DNA of 64,000 nt from Methanocellales archaeon (GTDB lineage Archaea; Halobacteriota; UBA148; JAUWXC01). The position numbers were made by a program, and so were the translations under genes. Location of the stretch: assembly GCA_030610945.1 (NCBI GenBank), contig JAUWQV010000001.1, forward strand, positions 25,901 through 89,900, given 5' to 3'. Below, piece after piece: positions 20,238 to 29,289 of the stretch (position 1 is its first letter; the number at the start of each line of letters is the position of its first letter). The notes below the pieces were generated by a model. The model saw only the letters and a program-made list of their open reading frames with translations, did not search any database and was not told the origin of the DNA.

Positions 20238-21254
20238 CTATCGCTCTTTCATGCCTGTTACATTCATTTTAAATCCGCATTTCGGACACTTATTGCCTGC
20301 ATCAAGATGGTTAATCACGCTGTACCCATGGCGCTCGATGAGAATCTCATCACATTTAGGACAGAACGTGCTCTCATATCTGTGCCCGAGCACATTGCCG
20401 ATGTAAACATGGTCAATGCCGCATTCTTTTGCGATTTTATGTACCTCTTCCAGCGTCTCCACGGGCGTTGGCGGAACGTCTGTCATCTGGTGGCATGGGT
20501 AGAAACGCGAGAAGTGAACCGGCGTATCTGCTCCAATGCCGACAACCCATTCGGCGAATCGCCTGAGCTCCGCTGGGCTGTCATTATGCCCTGGAATAAC
20601 CAGGTAGGTGACCTCAAGATGAATCTTCTTTTTCTTCATACGTTCGCATGTCCTGAGAACAGGGTCAAGTTTTGCACCGCTGATGCGCCTACAAAACTCA
20701 TCGGTGAACGCCTTGACGTCGACGTTGGCTGCATCCAGATATGGCGCTATCTTGTTCAATGCCGCCTCAGTCATATACCCATTGGTCACATAAACCGTGT
20801 ACAGGCCAGCCTTCTTTGCCAGTTTTGCGGAATCATATGTGTACTCAAACCAGATGGTCGGCTCGTTATATGTCCAGGAGATGCCCTGGCAGCCGTATTG
20901 CTTCGCCAGTTCGATTGACTCCTCAGGAGTGGTCTCCTGCGTGGACACCTCTTCCACACTTGCAAATGCGATTCCATAATTCTGGCAGTGCTTGCACCTG
21001 AAGTTACAGCTCACAGTTCCGAGCGAGAGTGCCATTGACCCGGGATAAAAATGGAACAGCGGCTTTTTTTCTATCGGGTCGACGTTAATCGAAGATACGG
21101 AGTTGTATATCAGCGTGTAGAGTTTGCCGCCCTGGTTCTCCCTGACGCGGCATATGCCCTTTTTTCCCTCTGCAATGATGCACTGGTGAGCACACAGATT
21201 GCACTGCACCTTGCCATCTACTAGAGGCTTCCAGAGCATTGCTTCTTTTTTCAT
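20238..21254 (-). CDS. AmmeMemoRadiSam-system-type radical SAM enzyme (PflA-like activase family)
   Basis: CNFRCKHCQN radical SAM motif plus an N-terminal Cys cluster (CNLCAHQC...GICRVR), typical of this family. 338 aa. Confidence 0.7.
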   Translation of the reverse strand: MKKEAMLWKPLVDGKVQCNLCAHQCIIAEGKKGICRVRENQGGKLYTLIYNSVSSINVDPIEKKPLFHFYPGSMALSLGTVSCNFRCKHCQNYGIAFASVEEVSTQETTPEESIELAKQYGCQGISWTYNEPTIWFEYTYDSAKLAKKAGLYTVYVTNGYMTEAALNKIAPYLDAANVDVKAFTDEFCRRISGAKLDPVLRTCERMKKKKIHLEVTYLVIPGHNDSPAELRRFAEWVVGIGADTPVHFSRFYPCHQMTDVPPTPVETLEEVHKIAKECGIDHVYIGNVLGHRYESTFCPKCDEILIERHGYSVINHLDAGNKCPKCGFKMNVTGMKER

Positions 21255-21257
21255 ATC

Positions 21258-22214
21258 TCACCTGAAATGTTCGTATCCTCTTGCCTCAATCTTTTCGGTC
21301 ACGCCGTTCTTTTTAATTAGAATATCGCTAGAAGTAACCTCGCCTATCACGGCAAACTGGCACGCCTTTTCTGCATTCTCTAAATAGTCTGGCTTAACGG
21401 TAAACAGAAGTTCAAAATCACCAGCGCCACATAAAGGCAAATCAAGATCAGTGGAAATAACTTTAGTTTCATCCAGGACTGGCAACTTATCACCATAAAT
21501 CAGAAAACCGACGCTGCTCGCCTTGCTCAAGTCATGCAGCGAAAGTGCAAGACCATCGCTGAGGTCCATCATGGATGTCACCGCGCCGGACGTTGCCAGT
21601 GCGATTGCCTCTTTGACCCTTGGCTGGGGCTCAAACAGCTTTTTTGTCACCACATCTTTAACGTTTTGCTGGATATCCATCTTCATCACCCTAAGACCTG
21701 CCTCTGCTGTTCCCAACTCGCCAGTCACGCAGACCAGATCGCCTACATGCGCTCCGCTGCGCTTCAACAATTTATCCTTTTTTGCGCTACCGAGGGCAGT
21801 GCAGACTATAGTAAGTTCATCATGCTCATCCGTGTCCCCGCCAACGATATATGCATCAAACTTCTTTGCGCACGCATTCATGCCATCAACGATGTCATCA
21901 ACGAATCCCACGTCAGCCTCCTTGGGAAGTCCCATAGCAGCGACAATAGCAAACGGTCTTCCGCCCATTGCAGCGATGTCACTCAGACTCACGGCAACCG
22001 ACATCCAACCCATCTGCCATGGCGCCATCCCATCCGGAAAATCCGTGCTCTGGTGAAGCATGTCGGTGGTCATAAGAAGGTATTCATCGCCATGGTCCAG
22101 GACAGCACAATCATCCTCTCCGGCGCCAAGGACTGCGTTATGTGGCAACAGTTCTGAGATTCTATTTATGAGGGCGCGCTCTCCTATATCTCGAACTTTC
22201 ATCGAATCATACAT
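21258..22214 (-). CDS. thiL: Thiamine-monophosphate kinase ThiL (AIR synthase-related family)
   Basis: PurM-like N- and C-domains (GEDDCAVL, MTTDML...). I prefer the start at the internal MYDSMKVRD, because the listed 5' extension overlaps the divergent gene. Confidence 0.7.
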   Translation of the reverse strand: MYDSMKVRDIGERALINRISELLPHNAVLGAGEDDCAVLDHGDEYLLMTTDMLHQSTDFPDGMAPWQMGWMSVAVSLSDIAAMGGRPFAIVAAMGLPKEADVGFVDDIVDGMNACAKKFDAYIVGGDTDEHDELTIVCTALGSAKKDKLLKRSGAHVGDLVCVTGELGTAEAGLRVMKMDIQQNVKDVVTKKLFEPQPRVKEAIALATSGAVTSMMDLSDGLALSLHDLSKASSVGFLIYGDKLPVLDETKVISTDLDLPLCGAGDFELLFTVKPDYLENAEKACQFAVIGEVTSSDILIKKNGVTEKIEARGYEHFR

Positions 22215-22242
22215 ATACCGATGAGAGAATAATAACCTTGTT

Positions 22243-22941
22243 GTGCCAGTATCGAGAAGGGATTTTCTCGGAATCATAGTAGGAACTGGAACGGGTCTCA
22301 TTGGTTTATCAGTTGCCAGTTGCCTTAATCGTCTAAGAGGGGGTGATGTGACGATGTTGCCAACGCCGAGATTGACGGGAAAGATGTCATTAGAAGAGGT
22401 AGTAAAGAAAAGAAGGTCGAGAAGAAGTTTTAGAGATGAGTCCCTGAGAATGGACCAGCTTTCGCAAATTCTCTGGGCAGCGCAGGGAATAACAGAAGGA
22501 TTTAAGAGAGCGGCACCATCTGCCGGTGCAACGTATCCGCTTGACTTATATGTTGTTGCAGGCAAGGTGGAAGAACTGGAAACAGGAGTGTATCACTATG
22601 ATCTAGGGAATCATTCACTCTCACTTCACGCAGAAGGAGATTTTCGGACTGATCTGGCAAGAGCGTGTGCAGCCCAAGGATTCATAGCAGATGCGCCTGT
22701 CTCGATAGTAATAACGGCAGAATATGAAAGGACTACGCAGCGATATGGAGAGAGGGGCATCAGATACGTGCACATAGAAGTCGGGCATGTAGGGCAGAAT
22801 ATATATCTTCAAGCAGAGGCATTGGGTCTTGGAACGGTGGCGATAGGAGCGTTTTACGATGATGAAATCGCGAAACTGCTACGTTTCCCAGAGGGGCATC
22901 AACCATTATATGTCATGCCAGTTGGATATGTAATGCAGTAA
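22243..22941 (+). CDS. SagB-type dehydrogenase / nitroreductase-fold protein with Tat signal and lipobox
   Basis: Twin-arginine motif SRRDFLG with hydrophobic stretch ending ...SVASC. Nitroreductase-like core. 232 aa. Confidence 0.65.
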   Translation: MPVSRRDFLGIIVGTGTGLIGLSVASCLNRLRGGDVTMLPTPRLTGKMSLEEVVKKRRSRRSFRDESLRMDQLSQILWAAQGITEGFKRAAPSAGATYPLDLYVVAGKVEELETGVYHYDLGNHSLSLHAEGDFRTDLARACAAQGFIADAPVSIVITAEYERTTQRYGERGIRYVHIEVGHVGQNIYLQAEALGLGTVAIGAFYDDEIAKLLRFPEGHQPLYVMPVGYVMQ

Positions 22942-22954
22942 ATCAGGTGATTTC

Positions 22955-24160
22955 TTGACCCATCCCACACTGGATATCAAAGGCTCCAGGGGCAGTGAGC
23001 TCTCTGGCAAGAAAATCGTGTTAGGTGTTACGGGCAGCATAGCAGCCGTTGAGACGATTAAATTGGCGCGTGAATTGATCAGATACAGCGCAGACGTTTA
23101 TGGTGTCATGACTAAGGATGCTCAAAAAATTATACACCCGTACGCATTGCAGTATGCAACCGGGAGAGATGTAATCACCGAGATTACAGGAGATGTCGAG
23201 CATATTGAGTTATGTGGAAACCGAGAGGGCAAAGCCGACCTGCTGTTAATTGCTCCCTGCACGGCAAACACGATTGGCAAAATTGCGACTGGCGTAGATG
23301 ATACTCCTGTGACGACGTTTGCATCCACCGCGATAGGTGCTGAAATCCCAATTATCATTGTTCCCGCAATGCACGAATCGATGTACTCACAGCCGATTGC
23401 TGCTGAAAACATCCAGCGGTTGAAAAAAGTTGGAATCGAATTTGTGGGTCCCCGCTTGGAGGAGGGGGGGGCAAAGATTGCAGATACAGAAGATGTTATC
23501 CTGCGCGTGTTGCGCTCTCTCTCAAAGAAGGAGTTGAAAGGAAAAAAGGTGCTGGTCACCGGCGGCGCAACCGCAGAGGCGATCGACCCGATACGAATAC
23601 TCACGAACAGGAGCTCGGGAAAGACGGGTTTGGAACTGGCAAGAGAGGCATTCATCAGGGGAGCGGGCGTAACCCTTGTGCAGAAGGGCAAATGTCCATA
23701 TGCAGATATTCAAAACATCTACATCGAGAGCGCCAAAGAGATGAGCGATGCCGTGTTAGGTGAGCTAAAAAAGGGGTATGATGTATTCATCTGCGCCGCT
23801 GCTGTCTCGGATTACACCATTGACAAGTCTAAGGACAAGATTCCCTCCGGGCAGGAGCTAACGTTGAACCTCAAGCCCGTTCCAAAGGTAATAGAAAGAG
23901 TCAGAGCTGAGCATCCTAGATTATACATGGTCAGTTTCAAGGCTGAAACCAACGTTCCCAAGGAGGAGTTGATAGACAGGGCAAGGTCGATGAAGGATAC
24001 GATTAAGTTAAACCTGGCCGTAGCAAACGACGTTGGCAAAGGTGGAATCGGAGGGGAGGAAAACGAAGTATACATCATCGGCGATGAAATTACACATGTT
24101 AAAGGTTCCAAACGAGAGATTGCAAAAAAGGTAATAGACGCAATAGTTGGAATGTTATGA
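22955..24160 (+). CDS. coaBC: Bifunctional phosphopantothenoylcysteine decarboxylase / phosphopantothenate-cysteine ligase CoaBC (Dfp)
   Basis: N-terminal flavoprotein domain (GVTGSIAA) and C-terminal DFP/CoaB domain. 401 aa. Confidence 0.85.
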   Translation: MTHPTLDIKGSRGSELSGKKIVLGVTGSIAAVETIKLARELIRYSADVYGVMTKDAQKIIHPYALQYATGRDVITEITGDVEHIELCGNREGKADLLLIAPCTANTIGKIATGVDDTPVTTFASTAIGAEIPIIIVPAMHESMYSQPIAAENIQRLKKVGIEFVGPRLEEGGAKIADTEDVILRVLRSLSKKELKGKKVLVTGGATAEAIDPIRILTNRSSGKTGLELAREAFIRGAGVTLVQKGKCPYADIQNIYIESAKEMSDAVLGELKKGYDVFICAAAVSDYTIDKSKDKIPSGQELTLNLKPVPKVIERVRAEHPRLYMVSFKAETNVPKEELIDRARSMKDTIKLNLAVANDVGKGGIGGEENEVYIIGDEITHVKGSKREIAKKVIDAIVGML

Positions 24161-25011
24161 ATGTTATGAAAGCTAAGGCATACGCGCCGTCGCACATCAC
24201 AGGCTTTTTTGAGATTTGTGAGTCTGAAAAACCTGAGCGCACGGGATCCAAGGGCTGTGGATTTACGCTACAGGCCGGAACGGTGACGGAAGTTGTGGTC
24301 AAGGATGGAGAGGCTATATCCATTCAGTTAAACGGCGTCGAGAGAAGTGCGCCTACAACCGAGTCAGTCGTGAGGGAATTGGCAGCAAATCGCTCAGTCG
24401 AGGTGCGCAGCAAGATAGATGTCCTAATTGGATGTGGCTTTGGAGCCAGTGGAGCGGGCGCGCTGAGCACTGCGCTGGCGCTGAATGAAGCACTATCACT
24501 CATTTTCACATACGAGCAAGTTGCAAAAGTCGCTCATATAGCTGAAGTAGAGAATAAAACTGGTCTGGGAGACGTAATCGCGCAGTCAACCGGCGGCGTG
24601 GTAATACGAAAAGAGCCGGGAGCACCAGGAATAGGCGTTGTTGACAGGATTCATGTCGGCGATGTTAAGATTGATTACGTGGTGTTTGGCGAAATTAACA
24701 CAAAGGATGTTCTGAAAGATGTGGATATGAAGAGGAACATCAACAAGGCAGGAAGAGAAGCCATGAAGGGATTGCTCCAAAGACCAACATTCGATGAATT
24801 TGTTCAACTATCCAAAAAATTCGCCATCCAAACAGGGCTTCTAAGCAACAGAGCAGCTGACGCGATAGAAGCGGTCGAGGCTGCAGGCGGCATGGCAAGC
24901 ATGGTGATGTTGGGTGATGCCGTGTTCGCAATTAATGGGTACGAAGCGCTGAAGGAATTTGGGGATGTTAAGACGAGTGAAATATGCCATCAAGGGGCGC
25001 GATTGTTATGA
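24157..25011 (+). CDS. Pantoate kinase (archaeal CoA pathway, GHMP kinase family)
   Basis: GHMP kinase-like N-terminus (APSHITGFFEI). Sits between coaBC and the PPS gene, as in other archaea. Confidence 0.7.
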   Translation: MNVMKAKAYAPSHITGFFEICESEKPERTGSKGCGFTLQAGTVTEVVVKDGEAISIQLNGVERSAPTTESVVRELAANRSVEVRSKIDVLIGCGFGASGAGALSTALALNEALSLIFTYEQVAKVAHIAEVENKTGLGDVIAQSTGGVVIRKEPGAPGIGVVDRIHVGDVKIDYVVFGEINTKDVLKDVDMKRNINKAGREAMKGLLQRPTFDEFVQLSKKFAIQTGLLSNRAADAIEAVEAAGGMASMVMLGDAVFAINGYEALKEFGDVKTSEICHQGARLL

Positions 25012-25745
25012 CTACTATAATCCCAAAGGACCATCCACGCTATGAATCACTGATAATCAGGGAGAGGCTGGTGGATGGATTCAAAGCGGGCATCGTGTGC
25101 GAAGAAGGATTGATTGCACATGGAAGAGGAGAGGCGTTCGACTACCTGCTCGGCGAAAGGACGATAGAGCCCGCAATGACGGCAACGAGGGTTGCGGTTG
25201 CAGCAATGCTAGCGGCAAAGCACCCGGTCATCTCAGTCAACGGTAACAGTGCAGCGCTTGTGCCGGATGAACTGGTGCGTCTAAGTGAAAAAATTGGCGC
25301 GCCGCTCGAGGTAAACCTGTTTCACAGGACAGAAGACAGGGTGGATAAGATAATCCATCATCTGGAGACACATGGAGCAAAGAATGTCCTGGGAAAAAAA
25401 GCAGAGGCGCGTATTCCTGGAATTTCGCATGAGAGGGCTAAGGTGTGCAAAGAAGGCATATACAGCGCAGATGTTGTACTCGTGCCCCTGGAGGATGGAG
25501 ATAGGTGCGAAGCACTCGTAAATATGAACAAAAAAGTAATCGCAATTGATTTAAACCCATTATCGAGAACAGCGCAGACCGCAAGCGTTACGATTGTGGA
25601 TAACGTGGCCAGGGCAATACCCAATATGATAAAACTGGTTGATGAGATGAAGACCTTACCTGAATCTGAATTGGGACATATGCGCACCTCATACGACAAC
25701 AAGGCGATGTTGGAAGAGGTAATCAGAAGGATTAAAATGCTTTAA
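24984..25745 (+). CDS. Phosphopantothenate synthetase (4-phosphopantoate--beta-alanine ligase, COG1701 family)
   Basis: 253 aa. Family-like N-terminus, and position downstream of pantoate kinase. Confidence 0.65.
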   Translation: MPSRGAIVMTTIIPKDHPRYESLIIRERLVDGFKAGIVCEEGLIAHGRGEAFDYLLGERTIEPAMTATRVAVAAMLAAKHPVISVNGNSAALVPDELVRLSEKIGAPLEVNLFHRTEDRVDKIIHHLETHGAKNVLGKKAEARIPGISHERAKVCKEGIYSADVVLVPLEDGDRCEALVNMNKKVIAIDLNPLSRTAQTASVTIVDNVARAIPNMIKLVDEMKTLPESELGHMRTSYDNKAMLEEVIRRIKML

Positions 25746-25772
25746 AGAACTGGTTAGACTTAGGATGCTGGC

Positions 25773-27065
25773 ATGATGATTAAACGAATTTCTGAGCTGG
25801 GCGACGCACAAATGGAAAAGTTGCTGCGCAGCGATGTCAAGGATGTCACGAGCGCTGTTAAGCGGATTTTAGAAGATGTGCAGAGAAATGGCGATAGCGC
25901 CGTCGCCAAGTACACGAAGAAGTTTGACGGTGTAGCGCTGAAAAACCTTGAGGTTACAGAAGAGGAAATTAGAGATGCGGAGGTATCCGTAGATGCAAAA
26001 CTCATCAAGCACCTCGAGAGGGCGGCACTCAACATATCCGCATTCCACGGCGAGCAGTTGAATGATGAGTTATGGCTGAAGGAGTTTGGACCCGGGATAA
26101 CGCTTGGACAGAAGACCACACCATTGGATAAAATCGGCGCATATGTTCCAGGTGGTCTCGCATCTTACCCATCTACTGCGCTGATGACTATAATCCCGGC
26201 AAAAGTGGCTGGTGTCCCGGAAGTGATCATATGCACTCCACCCAGGCCAGATGGTACTGTAAACCCTCTCACGTTAGCAGCAGCCGACATAGCAGGCGCA
26301 GACAGGATATTCAAGGTTGGAGGGGCGCAAGCAATAGCGGCAATGGCATATGGCACGAAGAGCATCCCAAAAGTGGACAAAATAGTCGGACCTGGAAATG
26401 TATATGTAACGGCCGCCAAGATGCTGGTGCGCAACGATGTGGAAATCGACTTTCCTGCAGGACCCAGCGAGGTTGTCATTTTAGCAGACCAACCTTTTGA
26501 GAAAAGCTTGACCAAAACCGCGACAATTATCGCATCAGATATGGTTGCACAAATGGAACACGACCCCGCATCGGTTGCCATTCTGGTCACAACGTCTCAA
26601 AAATTGGCAAAGGCGGTTGATGTCGAGGTGAAGAAGCAAATGAAGGAGGCGCCACGAAAAGATATAATCGCCAATGCGCTGAAGAAGAGCGCGATCCTGA
26701 TTGCAGACGACTTGAAGCAGGGCATAGAGTTCGTCAATGCTATTGCGCCAGAGCATCTTGAACTCATAGTTCCAGAGCCGATGAAGGTGCTGAAGGATAT
26801 CAGGCATTCAGGCGCAATTTTCGTTGGAGAATACTCCCCTGTAGCGGCAGGAGACTATGCGTCTGGAACGAATCATGTGCTGCCAACGATGAGATACGCT
26901 AGGGTACTTTCTGGCTTGGACACGCGCCATTTCACGAAGAGATCCAGCGTCCAGATTATAACTAAATCAGGGCTGCGCGACCTGAAGGATACGATAATAG
27001 CGCTCGCCGAGGCAGAGGGGTTGGAGGCGCATGCAGAATCGGTCAGGAAGAGGTTTGAGAAATGA
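25773..27065 (+). CDS. hisD: Histidinol dehydrogenase
   Basis: 430 aa. NAD-binding and substrate motifs typical of HisD (…GPGNVYV…, …HLE…). Confidence 0.85.
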   Translation: MMIKRISELGDAQMEKLLRSDVKDVTSAVKRILEDVQRNGDSAVAKYTKKFDGVALKNLEVTEEEIRDAEVSVDAKLIKHLERAALNISAFHGEQLNDELWLKEFGPGITLGQKTTPLDKIGAYVPGGLASYPSTALMTIIPAKVAGVPEVIICTPPRPDGTVNPLTLAAADIAGADRIFKVGGAQAIAAMAYGTKSIPKVDKIVGPGNVYVTAAKMLVRNDVEIDFPAGPSEVVILADQPFEKSLTKTATIIASDMVAQMEHDPASVAILVTTSQKLAKAVDVEVKKQMKEAPRKDIIANALKKSAILIADDLKQGIEFVNAIAPEHLELIVPEPMKVLKDIRHSGAIFVGEYSPVAAGDYASGTNHVLPTMRYARVLSGLDTRHFTKRSSVQIITKSGLRDLKDTIIALAEAEGLEAHAESVRKRFEK

Positions 27066-28378
27066 TGGGCAAAAAGTTGCGTACTCATTACTCCAGAGAG
27101 ATAACGCCTGAGGATGATGGCAAGAATGTTACCGTCGCAGGATGTGTTCATGAAATTAGAGATTTAGGCGGTCTCACCTTCATCGTTCTCAGGGACAGGG
27201 ATGGAACGATGCAGGTCACGTTAGTCAAGAACAAGGTCAAGGATAATTTGTTCGATGTGGTACGAGACCTAAGCAGGGAGTCTATTGTATCTATTTCAGG
27301 TGCCGTCAAACAGGAGAAGAAGGCACCCAATGGCTACGAGATAATTCCCAATGAGATTATGGTGCTAAGCAAGGCAAAATCGCCTCTTCCTTTGGATGTC
27401 ACGGGAAAGGTCGGCGCTGATTTGGATACGAGATTGGATGCAAGATTCATGGATTTGCGAAGGGCAGAGATTCAACCGATATTCAAAATTAGGCACCATC
27501 TGCTGACTGCAGTCAGGGATTTTTTGGAGAGCAAGGACTTCATAGAAATACAGACGCCCAAGATCGTCGCCACTGCCACTGAAGGTGGGACAGCGCTGTT
27601 CCCCATCACCTACTTCGAAAGAGAGGCGTTTCTTGGCCAGAGTCCGCAGTTGTACAAGCAAATCATGATGGCAACCGGCCTAGACAGAGTGTATGAAATA
27701 GGCCCCATCTTCAGGGCAGAGGAGCATGACACGAGAAAGCACCTGAACGAGGTAACGTCAATCGATGTGGAGGCTTCCTTCGTGACGCACGAAGAGGTGA
27801 TGTCGATACTGGAGGAGACAGTCAAACACGTCTATGCTCATGCCCAGGAACATTGCGAGCGCGAGCTTGGTACCGTAGGCGTTGATTTGCAAATGCCAAA
27901 GACGCCATTCAAACGGTTGCGATATGAGGATGCACTTGACATCGCCAGAAAGCACAAGGAATGCAAGGACATGGAATGGGGAGATGACCTTGATACAGCA
28001 GCTGAAAAGGCCATCGGCAAAGAAATAGGAAAGCATTACTTTATAGTAGACTGGCCTACTGAAATCAAGCCGTATTACGTGCAGCCATACGATGACAAAC
28101 CTGAAATATGCAAGGCATTTGACCTGATGCATCCAAAGATGGAGTTGGCATCAGGGTCGCAGAGGGTCCACTCGTATGACCTCTTGGTAAAAAGAATCAA
28201 GGCGCAGGGACTGGCCCCAGAAGGATTTGAATTTTACTTGGATGCGTTCAGGTACGGAATGCCACCCCACGCGGGATGGGGCATGGGCGTGGAAAGATTG
28301 CTCATGAGCATGTTGGGCTTGGCAAACATTCGAGAGACGGTTCTGTTCCCAAGAGATAGAAGAAGACTCTCCCCATGA
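27062..28378 (+). CDS. aspS: Aspartyl-tRNA synthetase (archaeal type)
   Basis: N-terminal OB anticodon-binding domain and class II catalytic core (FRAEE, GxGxGxERL). 438 aa. Confidence 0.85.
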   Translation: MMGKKLRTHYSREITPEDDGKNVTVAGCVHEIRDLGGLTFIVLRDRDGTMQVTLVKNKVKDNLFDVVRDLSRESIVSISGAVKQEKKAPNGYEIIPNEIMVLSKAKSPLPLDVTGKVGADLDTRLDARFMDLRRAEIQPIFKIRHHLLTAVRDFLESKDFIEIQTPKIVATATEGGTALFPITYFEREAFLGQSPQLYKQIMMATGLDRVYEIGPIFRAEEHDTRKHLNEVTSIDVEASFVTHEEVMSILEETVKHVYAHAQEHCERELGTVGVDLQMPKTPFKRLRYEDALDIARKHKECKDMEWGDDLDTAAEKAIGKEIGKHYFIVDWPTEIKPYYVQPYDDKPEICKAFDLMHPKMELASGSQRVHSYDLLVKRIKAQGLAPEGFEFYLDAFRYGMPPHAGWGMGVERLLMSMLGLANIRETVLFPRDRRRLSP

Positions 28379-28457
28379 TTGATGATTGCCCCAACATTTA
28401 TATATCAACGACTAATTTGTATTAAAAAGGAGAAATATTAAAAGGAGAAGATGATAC

Positions 28458-28781
28458 ATGGCCATATTACCAGCAGGCATACACCCTGCTGAGATTGTCT
28501 TTACTTTGCTCTTCGCGTGGGCAGCGTGGCTATTTGCCACTACAATAAAACAGAAAAGGCATGAAAAAAGAGAGATAGAAGAAGGCCATGGATTATTCTT
28601 GGTGGCAGGGCTTGTGGCATGGACATTGGCATCTCTTGTAGATGCACTCGACAACCTTCCTGTTTCTGGAATAAGGGCATTGGACATTTGTGAGCACTGG
28701 GTATTCTTAATTGGAGCGGTTGCACTCGCGGTAGGGTTGAGCAAACTTTGCAGAAAATATGAAGAACTGATCAAGAGGTGA
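28458..28781 (+). CDS. Small membrane protein (3 TM), hypothetical
   Basis: 107 aa. TM-charged loop-TM-TM layout. Stop/start overlap with the next gene. Confidence 0.4.
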   Translation: MAILPAGIHPAEIVFTLLFAWAAWLFATTIKQKRHEKREIEEGHGLFLVAGLVAWTLASLVDALDNLPVSGIRALDICEHWVFLIGAVALAVGLSKLCRKYEELIKR

Positions 28782-29119
28782 TGATGATGGCATGGATGGA
28801 ATTGGTCCCAAACGCCCTGGCTTTTGTATGCCTTCTCTATTGCACACACGTAGCGCTAAAGATGAAAAAATTAACAGAAAAAGCATCACCAGCATGGCTA
28901 CTTATCAGTGTTGGATTGGCATTTCTTACAATATATGCACTTACCAACATCATTGAATTTGGATTAGAAGTTAGCACAATTAACGGCATCCTCAAAATAG
29001 CAGAAGAGCCAATAGGAATAAGCATGGACAGGGCAGAAATGGGCATAGTCAATGCAGGCGCAGCATTTCTAGTAGCAGCCGGTTTGACATTAAAGCACTC
29101 AGTGATAAAACCAATTTGA
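28778..29119 (+). CDS. Small membrane protein (3 TM), hypothetical, similar topology to upstream neighbour
   Basis: 113 aa. Same layout as the 28458-28781 product. Translationally coupled to it. Confidence 0.4.
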   Translation: MMMMAWMELVPNALAFVCLLYCTHVALKMKKLTEKASPAWLLISVGLAFLTIYALTNIIEFGLEVSTINGILKIAEEPIGISMDRAEMGIVNAGAAFLVAAGLTLKHSVIKPI

Positions 29120-29289
29120 GCCATCCAGCACCATAAGATATATCTCTTGTTTGTCGCATTATATTCTAATGAGGGGATGAAATGCGCGATGGGTTCAATG
29201 GACTCTGTAGTCCGTTTAGCGGCTCTAGACAGAAACTTGAACAATCCCTTATTTTTGATGTTGTAATGAAAAGATGGTAGGGGTCTGCC

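Noticed and set aside
22215-22565. The long N-terminal extension of the ThiL ORF (MPATTYKSSG...)
   Set aside because: Not ThiL-like. It overlaps the divergent Tat-nitroreductase gene. The true start is most likely the internal MYDSMKVRD.
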